IMG/VR virus record: IMGVR_UViG_3300033406_000016
Span: 1-41,733 of that record
From: a virus
Lineage: Duplodnaviria > Caudoviricetes
DNA: 41,733 bases
Strand: one strand, 5' to 3'
Shown here piece after piece: positions 16,481 to 25,230 of the stretch. Each line of letters opens with the position of its first letter. The stretch's first letter is position 1. The position numbers were made by a program, and so were the translations under genes. The notes beneath the pieces were generated by a model that ran no database searches, was not told the DNA's origin, and was given only the letters and a program-made list of their open reading frames with translations.

Positions 16481-17479
16481 ATGGGTAATTTGCTTGATGT
16501 GTTTACAAATTTTGTTGTTGACCCAGCCAAAAGAAATCTGACTGGATTGATGTTTTGGGGAGGAGCATTTCTGCTTTTTATCGGCGCAATATTTGGTGTC
16601 GCTATAGATAGTTTTGTATACATTCCTTCTGGAACTGGAGAAGCACTTCTTAAGTCAGGAAGCGCGATTTTAGGTGCGGGTGTGTTTGCGGTTATCATGA
16701 AATCTGCGCAGTTTACTGAGCTATTTCAAGGTCATATCTTTGATGTTTTCTATGATCCGAATAAATCTAAAAGTCAAGGATGTTTAGTTGAGCGTTGGCA
16801 AGCAATTACAAGATCGTTGTTGCGTGATTTGCTTCCTACGTCTCATGACGATGCTGTCAAGTATATTGAGAAAAAATTCCTCAATTCTGAGTTGCAATAT
16901 CATTTTGAGAATGTAACTGCAGAGTATGAAATTGATATTGTTGATGGTGTTGCAAAAGTTCAGTGTACAACAGCGGCTAAAATTGTTATTTCCCCATCTG
17001 CAAAGAATCCAGTTCTTGAACATCGAATTGATATTGAGAATGGCAAGAATTTCAAACTGGAAATGCTATTAATTAACGATAAGGTTATCGACGGCAATGG
17101 TCTTTATATTACTGACCCCAGTATTCCGACGACCGAAGTTATGAAGTTTTCACTTGCACCACATGCGCGTATCCAAAACGGTAGCCCAGATGAGACTGTC
17201 TCGATGAAACGCACAATTTCGTGGGAGCAAGAAGTTGCCGCGGAACCTTATATAAAAACGGATGTCATGCGCTATGTGAAAGGGTATTTTGTTGAAGTAA
17301 AAGTCGACGGACCTTACAAGGCAAAACTTGAACCGTTTTCGATGAGGGTATCCGGGGCGATTGAGTCGATTCGCACTCCACAAGGGTATGATCGGTGGAC
17401 ACTGGCTAGTGCGGAAGAGTTGATGTTACCTGGGCAAGGATTTATAATTTTTTTGCTACCACGAGGGAGATGCCAATGA
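16481..17479 (+). CDS. AT-rich moron: two N-terminal TM helices plus beta-rich soluble domain
   Basis: Visibly low GC, GAGGGAG RBS, hydrophobic segments at about aa 20-48 and 55-73; own terminator downstream. Confidence 0.8.
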   Translation: MGNLLDVFTNFVVDPAKRNLTGLMFWGGAFLLFIGAIFGVAIDSFVYIPSGTGEALLKSGSAILGAGVFAVIMKSAQFTELFQGHIFDVFYDPNKSKSQGCLVERWQAITRSLLRDLLPTSHDDAVKYIEKKFLNSELQYHFENVTAEYEIDIVDGVAKVQCTTAAKIVISPSAKNPVLEHRIDIENGKNFKLEMLLINDKVIDGNGLYITDPSIPTTEVMKFSLAPHARIQNGSPDETVSMKRTISWEQEVAAEPYIKTDVMRYVKGYFVEVKVDGPYKAKLEPFSMRVSGAIESIRTPQGYDRWTLASAEELMLPGQGFIIFLLPRGRCQ

Positions 17480-17505
17480 GAATGCGCTCAACCGACTCAA
17501 TCTAA
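17476..17505 (+). CDS. Candidate micro-ORF MRMRSTDSI
   Basis: GAGGGAG 6 nt upstream, ATGA overlap with the moron stop, three in-frame ATGs, lies before the terminator. Confidence 0.4.
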   Translation: MRMRSTDSI

Positions 17506-17666
17506 GGTTTTCGCAATTCGCCAGATCGCACGGCCGAGCCCCCAGTTCTATGGACTGGGGGCTTTTTCATTCCGTCCGAAGCTTCGTTAGTAAGCTGCCT
17601 TTTTTTGTGGGTCACCCCGCTCATAGCCAGTACGTCCGCCTTGGTCAGGAAGTTGAAACCAGTCAT
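17502..17666 (-). pseudogene. Possible truncated DUF4224-like (excisionase-like HTH) gene
   Basis: MTGFNFLTKADVLAMSGVTHKKRQ resembles DUF4224 N-termini, then the frame runs into the moron terminator. Confidence 0.35.
17537..17567 (+). terminator. Rho-independent terminator
   Basis: AGCCCCCAGTTC-TAT-GGACTGGGGGCT followed by TTTT. Confidence 0.85.
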
Positions 17667-17873
17667 CTGGGTGCCCTGGTGAAGGCGTCGATGGACCATA
17701 CCTAAGATTCCGGTATAGAGATATCGAGCCGTTTGAGCTCTAGCCTAGCGAAAATGCATTGGTTGGTGGCGGTTTGAGTAGTTTATGCACCAAAACTACA
17801 CAAGCCAGAGGCGCCTTGATCGCCGGGCATTTTTCCCCCAAATCTACTGAGTTACCCCCGCGTTTTTTTGATA

Positions 17874-19229
17874 TCAGTCAGGGATCTCGGTCGCCTTGAT
17901 CTCGAATTCCAGGCGCTGGGTGTAGCCGCCGTCGCCGGCGATGGTGTTGGTGACCTTGATGATCAGCCAGTCGGTGCTGTCGATCTGAGGCTTCCAGCCG
18001 GTGACGGTGGCCGGGGTTTCCGGGAACAGGGTGGGGTCGCCTTCGGCCAGGGTGATGTTGAAAGTTGCCATGCCGCGCAGCAGGCGGCGCCATTCGGCGC
18101 GGGCGGCGCGCAGGGCGTTGGGCTTGTTGGCGTAGACGTGGCGCAGGGTCTTGACGTTGTCGACCGTGCGCTCAAAGGCGTTGTGGGTGCCGACCTGGCG
18201 GGCGGCGTCGCGCTCGGCCTGGCGGTGGGCGGTGGCGCGCTTCTTTTCGTCGTCGGCCTGGCCGTAGGTGACTTCGCCGGCGGCGCCCAGGTTGCGGTCG
18301 TTGTATTTGGCCTTGATGCCGACGTAAGCAGCGCGGGCGGCCCGGTTGCCTTTGAGCTTCTTCCATTCCTGATTCGCGGCGCGCTGGGCCTTGGGGCGGG
18401 TTGGGTAGGTGGTGGCCAGCGTCTTGTACTGCCCGGCGGCTGGCGTTGCGGCTGCGGTCTGGCGGGCGCCGCGCTCGGTGCTGTCTTCGGTGTCGCCCCA
18501 GAGGACTTCGCCTTTCACGGCCAGATTGACGTCGTGGTAGAGGGCGCGCACCGCCTGGTAGGTATTACGGTCGCTGATCAGGAACTGGTGACGGTCGCCG
18601 GACTGGCGCCGGATGATTGCGGCCGGGATGGGCTTGCCGCTGGCGGTAACGCCGCCGCCTGCCGGAATGAACATGAGCCGGCCGTCCTTGACGGTAGCGA
18701 TGGCGTCGTAGCGCTGGCCCAGGCGGGTGAGCAGGTTGGCGGAGGACTCGTTGGTCTGATCGAGGTGCTCGATCACCTCGCCGTCGAGACTGGCGTGGAT
18801 GAGCGGGACGAGGCCGTTTTCGTCGGCGATGGTGCGGACGATGGCGCCGAGCGTGGTGGCGTGCCAGGAGCGTTCGCGCTGGGTGGTGAGGCCGGCGCCA
18901 AGGTCAGCACTGGTGGCGCGAATGCTAAGCACGTCCGGCGCGCCATTGTGGGCCACCTCGGCGACTATGAAGCGGCCCTTGCTGACCAGACCGGTTCCCT
19001 TCCAGCCGAAGGCCAGCTCGAGCACGGCGCCTTTGGCGGGCAGATCGAGGGCGCCGTCAGCGTCGTCCAGATCCAGATCGACGGTGTCGGCCTCGAAGCC
19101 GCGGTTGTCGGTGTGGATGAGGTTTATGAGGCGCTGCGCAATGATGCCGCTGAGGCTGACGCCGTCGACCACGACCTGGGCGATAACTCTCGGGTGTGGC
19201 CGGGCGGCCGGCTCGTTGAACAGGCTCAT
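17874..19229 (-). CDS. P2 gpD-like baseplate hub / late control protein
   Basis: DNRGFEAD.DLDLDD, LP.KGA.L...GW, HLDQTNES..NLLTRL; follows U. Confidence 0.92.
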   Translation of the reverse strand: MSLFNEPAARPHPRVIAQVVVDGVSLSGIIAQRLINLIHTDNRGFEADTVDLDLDDADGALDLPAKGAVLELAFGWKGTGLVSKGRFIVAEVAHNGAPDVLSIRATSADLGAGLTTQRERSWHATTLGAIVRTIADENGLVPLIHASLDGEVIEHLDQTNESSANLLTRLGQRYDAIATVKDGRLMFIPAGGGVTASGKPIPAAIIRRQSGDRHQFLISDRNTYQAVRALYHDVNLAVKGEVLWGDTEDSTERGARQTAAATPAAGQYKTLATTYPTRPKAQRAANQEWKKLKGNRAARAAYVGIKAKYNDRNLGAAGEVTYGQADDEKKRATAHRQAERDAARQVGTHNAFERTVDNVKTLRHVYANKPNALRAARAEWRRLLRGMATFNITLAEGDPTLFPETPATVTGWKPQIDSTDWLIIKVTNTIAGDGGYTQRLEFEIKATEIPD

Positions 19230-19684
19230 TTGATATTCAGCTGGTTGAGCAGTTCCTTGCCGACGGTGCCGAGCAGGCTTGGGTCGTCATCGGTGCGCTT
19301 GAGCTTGATCGAGAACTCGATTTTGCGGGCGGCGCCGTCCGGGAAGAACGCGGTCGACGTGGTGGATAGTTCCTCGACGACATAAAGGCCATACACCCAG
19401 CCGGTGCCCTCGATGAGAGGCCAGGCCAAGCCTTCGTCGGCCATGGCTTCAAGCGCGGCAAGGCTGATGCGGCCGCCGGTGATCTCGGGGTAGAGGACGC
19501 CGGAAAGGGTGATGATCTCATCGCCCCGGCCGACAAACTGCGCCGACGGCCGCGCGCCGACCCGGCTGTTGGTCGGGTGGCGCCAGGCGACCTGGCGCTG
19601 CAACTGCTGGTAGGGGAGTGTCTGCATGCCGAAGACGAAGAGGCCGAGGGCCATCAGCATGTGGAGTTGGGGGACGCCGTACAT
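19226..19684 (-). CDS. P2 gpU-like tail protein
   Basis: MLMALGLFVF..QTLPYQ, ITLSGVLYPEITGG, DGAARKIEF. Confidence 0.93.
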   Translation of the reverse strand: MYGVPQLHMLMALGLFVFGMQTLPYQQLQRQVAWRHPTNSRVGARPSAQFVGRGDEIITLSGVLYPEITGGRISLAALEAMADEGLAWPLIEGTGWVYGLYVVEELSTTSTAFFPDGAARKIEFSIKLKRTDDDPSLLGTVGKELLNQLNIK

Positions 19685-19686
19685 CG

Positions 19687-21903
19687 TTACTCCCTATCCC
19701 GTAGGCGGCTGCGCTCTCGGGCGGATTTGTCGGCGTCCATGCGTTCCAGCTCGCGGCGGATATCCTGGGCGAGGTTGTTGGCACCGGAGCCGTTAAAGGT
19801 GCCCGGCGGCGCATTGACGGTGACAGCGTAGCTGTTGCCGCCAGCTGCGCGCAGCAGAGGCGAGTTGGCGATAGTTGCGGTGGTGCCGGCCTTGGTCGAC
19901 GCGGTTTCGAGGTTGCCGAACAGGCCGGGCATCAGGTACTTGAGGTTTTCCTTGAGCCGATTGATGCGGCCGATGATGCCGTCGAGCATGCTTGACCACC
20001 AGGCGCCGAGCTTGTCCCAGTTCGCGTAGATGAGCGTTGCCGCGACGGCGATAGCGGTGAGGGCGAGGCCGATGGGATTGCCGACCAGGGCGAGACCGAC
20101 GGCCCGGATGGCAGTGGCGACCATGCCGAAGCCGCCGGCGCCGGATATGCCCAGGGTGACCATGGAAAACTTGAGCATGGCGAGCGGTACCAACAGAGCG
20201 CCGGCGCCGACGGTGAGGGCGCCCAGCACGGAAAGCACCAGGGCCAGCCACTTCGCGGTGGTCATGAGCGCGCTGGAAAGCTCCGGGTGCTCGGCCGACC
20301 AGTTGCGGACGGCCTGGACCATGGCGAGGGTGTTTTCCAAGGTGCTGGCGATGGCCGGCTTGAGGTGCTGGCCGAGATCGCTGGAAAGGTTGGTGAAGGC
20401 GTTCTGGGCGTTCTCGATGCGGGCGTTGAGCGTGTCGCCCCAGGCGTCAGCTTCGCGCTGCATCGAGCCGAAGGCCTTCTGGTCGCGGACCAGTTCCAGC
20501 TGGCGGCGGTATTCGCCCAGGTTGCTGGCCAGCTTGGCGGCATCGTCGCCGAATTCCTTGCCGAAGATGCGGGTCGCCGCCTCGAGCTGCTTGTCGCCGG
20601 CGAGCGATTTGATCTTCTCCAGCACCTTGATGATGGTGCCGGTGGCGTCCTTGGTCATGCCGGACTGAATATCCTTGCTGTTCAGGCCGAGCATGCCCAT
20701 GCCGCCCTGGAATCGCTTGCTCTGCATGGTCGCGATCGAGAGTTCGCGGATCATGGCGTTGGATGCGCTGGCAGCGACCTCCCGGTTGGCGCCCAGGCTG
20801 AGGAAGGTGGAGCCCAGCGCTGCAGCCTCGCGGAAATTCATCTTCGCCATGTCGGCGGTACCGGCGATGCGCTTCATGACGTCGATGATGTCGCCGCCCT
20901 TGGCCAGGGCCTGGTCGTCCAGCCAGTTGATGGTGTCGCCGAGCTGCCGAATGTCCTTGATGGGCACCTTGTAGAGCTGGCTGAGTTTGCCGACGTCTTC
21001 GCCGACCTGGTCGACGGGGAGATCGAAGGCCTTGGCCATGACAGCCGTGGTGTCGGCGTAGATCAGCAGGTTTTGTTTTCCCTGGATGCCCATGCGGGCG
21101 CCGCCTTCGACGATCTTGGCGATATCGGCGGCTGCTCCCGGCAGGCGCTCGGACATGGCCTTGATGGCGTCGGCCATCTCCCAGTAGCTCCTGGTGACCT
21201 TGCCGTCATCGTCGCGGGCGCCGTCCATCTGGCGGGCGACGCCGAGCATGGCGGTTTCGAAGTCGGCGAAGTCCTTGCTGGCCTTGGCGACCGGGACGCC
21301 GGCGGCAACGCCGGCGGCAGTGATGCCGGCCCCGGCCATGGCGACCTTTCCGGCCGTCTCCTTCGACTTGGCGAGATCAGCCTGGGCGGCGCGCAGGCGG
21401 CGCATCTTCTGGTTTTCGGCCTCGAGCGCGGCGGTCAGGCGGCGGCTGGCGTTGGCGGCTTCACTGCTGGCGCTGGCCAGCTGCCGGCGGTGCTCTGCCA
21501 GGTTGCGCGTATCGATGCCGCCGGCCTTGAGCTTTTCGAAGAGGGCCTGCTCGGTATTGAGCAGGGACTGGTGCTTAGCCTTGAGTTCTTCGGAGCGCTT
21601 ACTCAGGCGTTCCATCTCGGCGGACATCGCCTTGGTGGGCACGCCGGCGCGGTCCATGGCGAGCTTGAGCTCGTCAATGGCGCGGCGGTTCTTGGCGAAG
21701 GTGTTGGCCGCGATGGCGGCGTCCTTCTCCACCTTCTTAAAGGCGTCGATCTGTTCGACCGTGCGGTTGAATTCCTTCATCCGCGCGGTGTTGTCGCGCA
21801 GGGCCTTGGCCGCCTCGCCGGCGCTGCCGGTGATGGCCTTGACCGGTCGAATGAACTTGTCGACCGCAGCGAAGACGACCTTCAGTTCGAGGGCGTTGCT
21901 CAT
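19687..21903 (-). CDS. Tail tape measure protein (gpT)
   Basis: 738-aa Ala-rich helical protein with GNPIGL...LIY.NWD motif, after E/E'. Confidence 0.93.
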   Translation of the reverse strand: MSNALELKVVFAAVDKFIRPVKAITGSAGEAAKALRDNTARMKEFNRTVEQIDAFKKVEKDAAIAANTFAKNRRAIDELKLAMDRAGVPTKAMSAEMERLSKRSEELKAKHQSLLNTEQALFEKLKAGGIDTRNLAEHRRQLASASSEAANASRRLTAALEAENQKMRRLRAAQADLAKSKETAGKVAMAGAGITAAGVAAGVPVAKASKDFADFETAMLGVARQMDGARDDDGKVTRSYWEMADAIKAMSERLPGAAADIAKIVEGGARMGIQGKQNLLIYADTTAVMAKAFDLPVDQVGEDVGKLSQLYKVPIKDIRQLGDTINWLDDQALAKGGDIIDVMKRIAGTADMAKMNFREAAALGSTFLSLGANREVAASASNAMIRELSIATMQSKRFQGGMGMLGLNSKDIQSGMTKDATGTIIKVLEKIKSLAGDKQLEAATRIFGKEFGDDAAKLASNLGEYRRQLELVRDQKAFGSMQREADAWGDTLNARIENAQNAFTNLSSDLGQHLKPAIASTLENTLAMVQAVRNWSAEHPELSSALMTTAKWLALVLSVLGALTVGAGALLVPLAMLKFSMVTLGISGAGGFGMVATAIRAVGLALVGNPIGLALTAIAVAATLIYANWDKLGAWWSSMLDGIIGRINRLKENLKYLMPGLFGNLETASTKAGTTATIANSPLLRAAGGNSYAVTVNAPPGTFNGSGANNLAQDIRRELERMDADKSARERSRLRDRE

Positions 21904-22076
21904 TCTTCATCGACTCCGCAGCGCTTCGCCGCGCGTTCGCGCCAGGCGAGGAGTTCGGAAACCTCCAGGGCCTCCATGCTCTCCAGGCTCCAGTGAAAAA
22001 CGACGGCGATATCGGCCATGGCTTCTTCTATTCGGTCGGGGAGTCCGATTCCGTCACCGACTTCGGCAAGAAAAAA
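21900..22076 (-). CDS. gpE' extension reached by -1 programmed frameshift
   Basis: GGTTTTTTC slippery site (A6 at 22071-22076 on +); the -1 frame is open to ...IEEAMADIAVVFHWSLESM...WRERA..R. Confidence 0.85.
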   Translation of the reverse strand, partial: FFLAEVGDGIGLPDRIEEAMADIAVVFHWSLESMEALEVSELLAWRERAAKRCGVDEE

Positions 22077-22324
22077 CCGGCGATCTTCACCCCCGCCATG
22101 GCGAGGTCTTCAGGTTCCAGGTTGTTGGACTCCTGGGCGGTGATCTTGGGGTCGCAGATGCGCGGCAGCAGGCGCTGGACGGTGTCGCACTCCATGTCCA
22201 TGACGGCGCGGATGCTGATGCCCTTTAGATGGCCGCCCTTGGGCTTATGCAGGGTGAGCGTGGTGATGGTGGTTTCGCCGCGCTGGATGGGGTTTTCGAG
22301 GGTGAGGCTTTCGGTGTTGCTCAT
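22028..22324 (-). CDS. Tail assembly chaperone gpE
   Basis: LENPIQRG..ITTLTL.KP..G.LKG...LLPRI, ending AGFFLPKS. Confidence 0.9.
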   Translation of the reverse strand: MSNTESLTLENPIQRGETTITTLTLHKPKGGHLKGISIRAVMDMECDTVQRLLPRICDPKITAQESNNLEPEDLAMAGVKIAGFFLPKSVTESDSPTE

Positions 22325-22339
22325 GGTTTCTCCTTGGGG

Positions 22340-22367
22340 ATGTCTCCCTCACGAATGAGGGAGACAT
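22340..22367. other. Perfect 12-bp hairpin between FII and E
   Basis: ATGTCTCCCTCA-CGAA-TGAGGGAGACAT (UUCG loop on the mRNA strand), no U tract. Confidence 0.7.
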
Positions 22368-22372
22368 GGGGG

Positions 22373-22885
22373 TTACGCCAGGCCGATGGCCTTGCGCTGC
22401 TTTTCGAGCATGTCGACGCCGTTGACGATGAAGATCATGGCCAGGGCGTCGATTTCGATCAGAACCTGGTTGTCGACCGTCAGCTTGTAGTAGGCGCAGG
22501 CGGTCTTGATCTTGGTCTGGCTCTTGTCGCCGACCTTGGCGCTCCCGAAATCGATCTCCTTATGGCGGCCGCGGACGACGATCTCGACGGCCTGCACGTC
22601 GCCGGTGTCTTCGCGCTGGTAGGCGCCCGAGAAGCGCAGCAATACCGCGCCGACCTTGGCCGCGCCGTACTGTTTGACGACGTCAGCGACGAAGCCCTGG
22701 CAGTTCCAGTCGAGCTCGATCTTTTCATTGGAAATGTCGAGGTCGACCGGGAATGGCATGCCGGCCGCCTGGAATTCCTCGGTCTTTCGGCCGAGCTTGG
22801 GCAAGGTGACTTCGTCGGCGATGCCCATCAGGCTGCCGCCGTCGTTGTACAGGTTGAAGTTCTTGAGAAGGGAAGGGAGTGCCAT
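22373..22885 (-). CDS. Major tail tube protein FII
   Basis: MALPS.LKNFNL.NDG...VTLPKL, RGRHKEIDFG, RKAIGL. Confidence 0.95.
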   Translation of the reverse strand: MALPSLLKNFNLYNDGGSLMGIADEVTLPKLGRKTEEFQAAGMPFPVDLDISNEKIELDWNCQGFVADVVKQYGAAKVGAVLLRFSGAYQREDTGDVQAVEIVVRGRHKEIDFGSAKVGDKSQTKIKTACAYYKLTVDNQVLIEIDALAMIFIVNGVDMLEKQRKAIGLA

Positions 22886-22900
22886 GGTGCTGTGCTCCTA

Positions 22901-24073
22901 TCAGGCGGCGATGCGCGTGGCGAAGTCGGCCAGGTAGCGGTCGGTAATGCGCTGGCGGAACATCAGGTTTTCGAGAGGCGGTACCGGCGTGTAGTCGAAG
23001 TCGATGTACAGCTTGCCGGCCTTGAGGGTGACTTCGTCGTTGACCGCTTCGTCGTACCAGCAGTCGAAGCCGAGCAGGTAGCCGAGGGTTACCAGTTCGC
23101 GGCCCTTGGCCTTGATGCCTTCGATGATGTCTTTGACCAGGGTCGGGGTGAGCGGCTTGTCGACGGCCCACATGTGGGCCTCGGCGATGGTGTCGGCAAG
23201 GACCTGGGCGGTGCGGGTGTAGGACTCGAAGGCGAAGAGCGGGTCGGCCGAACAGGTGCGCGAACCCCAGAAGCGGTAGCCATCGCGGCGGACAAGCGTG
23301 GTGACGTCGGCGGCGTTGAGGAAGCCGGCATCGGTGCTCGGGTCCTGCAGGTCGAAGAAGACATCCTTGCTGATGCCGGTGACGCTCTGGACCGGGATGT
23401 TGGAGAGCGTCTTGTGCCAGCCGATCTCATCGTCGATCTGAGCGCGCAGGCCGAGGGCGCGGGCGATGGCCGGCGCGGTGACGGTGGCGTTGGCTGTGGT
23501 GTCCCATGACTGGAAGTCCGGCCAGATGGTCATTACTTCGCGGTCACCAAAGTTTTCGCGGTAGGCGACGGCATCTTCCTTGGTCTCGGCACCGAAGGCG
23601 CTGACGTAGGCGAAGCCGCGCAGTTGTTTGGCAATGGAAACGAGCTCGGTGGCGACGGGCAAGGCATCGAGGCCGGGAATGCCCAGGATGCGCGGCTTGA
23701 TGCCGAACTTGGCCTGGGACGAGAGCAGGGCTTTCATGCCCGTGAATTGGCCGCCTGCGGTGACGCCGCCGATCAGCTTAGAGGTGGTTTCAGCCTCGGA
23801 TCCGCCCTCGGCGACGCGGACGATGACGCAGGCCGGTGAGCCGTGGTCGGCGATGGCGTCGAGGCTGCGGGCCAGGGTGCCGAGGTCGCCGGCCTTGCCG
23901 CTGGCGGTGCGGACATCGGTGACCAGGGTGGCGGTGTCGAGAGGGAAGGCGGCAGCATCGGCGTCGCTGGCAGTGGCGACCAGGCCAATGATGGCGGTTT
24001 CGATGGTGCGGATGGGGCGACGGCCGTCGGAAAGTTCGAAGACGCGTACGCCGTGATGGTAATCGGCGGGCAT
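22901..24073 (-). CDS. Tail sheath protein FI
   Basis: [35 protein letters not shown]. Confidence 0.96.
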   Translation of the reverse strand: MPADYHHGVRVFELSDGRRPIRTIETAIIGLVATASDADAAAFPLDTATLVTDVRTASGKAGDLGTLARSLDAIADHGSPACVIVRVAEGGSEAETTSKLIGGVTAGGQFTGMKALLSSQAKFGIKPRILGIPGLDALPVATELVSIAKQLRGFAYVSAFGAETKEDAVAYRENFGDREVMTIWPDFQSWDTTANATVTAPAIARALGLRAQIDDEIGWHKTLSNIPVQSVTGISKDVFFDLQDPSTDAGFLNAADVTTLVRRDGYRFWGSRTCSADPLFAFESYTRTAQVLADTIAEAHMWAVDKPLTPTLVKDIIEGIKAKGRELVTLGYLLGFDCWYDEAVNDEVTLKAGKLYIDFDYTPVPPLENLMFRQRITDRYLADFATRIAA

Positions 24074-24114
24074 GGGCTGCTCCTGTCAGGTGGTGCTGCC
24101 CATGTTGCCGGCCA

Positions 24115-24160
24115 CGCGCGCGTGTGTCGCGCAGTGGCGGGTGTAAGCGCAAGACTTAGG
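24115..24160 (-). promoter_or_regulatory. Late promoter upstream of FI (Ogr-type)
   Basis: CGCGCGCG at 24115 and TGTAA-N9-TTAGG at 24142; same 27-bp offset as upstream of V and O. Confidence 0.55.
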
Positions 24161-24166
24161 GCCGAA

Positions 24167-24601
24167 TCATCCGGCCGGGTGCATCCAGAGGTGCTGCGGT
24201 GTGACGCGGTGCAGGGCTTCGGCCCTGAAGAGCGGCGTACCGCCCTGCGCGAAGGCCCAGGCGACTAGTTCAGAGCAGAACCAGGCATCGTCCTCTTGCC
24301 AGTCGCGGTGCATGAGCAGCCCGAATAGTGCTGTCATGTCGTAGGGCTTGCCGATCTGTGAACTTGCGGCCTGGATCACCGCCTTCGAATCGCGGCAAGG
24401 CAGATCGACGCGCGCAATATCCTTCGCCCGATCCATTGCCGATATAACCGGAACCCGCCGCACGCCATGGAGTGCCGCAGCCTCGATCACCGTGTCGCCA
24501 TCGACCAGTGCGACATGCGACCAGCGCGACCAGGTAGCGGCGCGGATCATGGCCGAAAATGGGTTCGTGGTGGTACTGAATAATAGGGTGATCATTGGCA
24601 T
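24167..24601 (-). CDS. YiiX/YebB-like permuted NlpC/P60 papain-like amidase
   Basis: WSHVALV (His), IEA, GKPYD, WFCSELVA (Cys), VTP. Confidence 0.85.
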   Translation of the reverse strand: MPMITLLFSTTTNPFSAMIRAATWSRWSHVALVDGDTVIEAAALHGVRRVPVISAMDRAKDIARVDLPCRDSKAVIQAASSQIGKPYDMTALFGLLMHRDWQEDDAWFCSELVAWAFAQGGTPLFRAEALHRVTPQHLWMHPAG

Positions 24602-24661
24602 GCATATTCCGCGTAGGTGACTGGCCAGCCGTTAAATAATCATAGGGCGCCTGTATCACGG

Positions 24662-25219
24662 CTAGGCGAGCCCTGCGGCGGTGGCCTTTATCTTGGCGAT
24701 GGCGGCATCGGCCAGGGTAAGGGCGTCGACGCCGGAGGAATTTCTGACCGCTTCCTTGCCCTTGAGCCGAATGTCGCGCAGCTGGTAGAGGGCGGCATTG
24801 AAAGTGGAGGCAGCGCTAAGGATGTCGTCGCAGGACTGCCGGGCCGTCCACCCCTTGGCCTCAGCCCAACTCATAACCGAGGCCGGAACCTCGCCGCTGT
24901 AGCCTGATTCCTTGTATGCCGTCGCCTCGGCGGCGGCGCGCTCGTATTCGACAATACGCAGCGGGTCGCCGACGACTGCCAGGCGGGCGGCGTCCGCTTC
25001 GGCGTCGATGGCTGAGCAGAGTTGTTTTTTGGAAGGCGGTGGCCGGTCAATTTGAATCGGCTTTCCACCCGCACCATCGCCAATGCACGAATCTGCTAAC
25101 TCGCCGGCGAGCAAGTCGGCGTGTTCTGCATCGGTTATATCGATGGCGTCGACTGGAATATCAGAGTGGACGCCGTCGATGTAAAAGCCGCGTGTCGATT
25201 GGCTGAATTTTATAGCCAT
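24662..25219 (-). CDS. Tail fibre assembly protein (gpG position)
   Basis: FSQST.GFY...VH..IP.DAIDIT..EH..LL; directly after the fibre gene. Confidence 0.75.
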   Translation of the reverse strand: MAIKFSQSTRGFYIDGVHSDIPVDAIDITDAEHADLLAGELADSCIGDGAGGKPIQIDRPPPSKKQLCSAIDAEADAARLAVVGDPLRIVEYERAAAEATAYKESGYSGEVPASVMSWAEAKGWTARQSCDDILSAASTFNAALYQLRDIRLKGKEAVRNSSGVDALTLADAAIAKIKATAAGLA

Positions 25220-25230
25220 GAATATCTCCC

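Noticed and set aside
17868-23509. Long + strand ORFs (17868-19385, 20287-21996, 21194-22228, 22229-23509) and similar ones opposite the replicase and capsid genes
   Set aside because: They are antisense shadows of GC-rich genes with strong codon bias and carry no recognisable motifs
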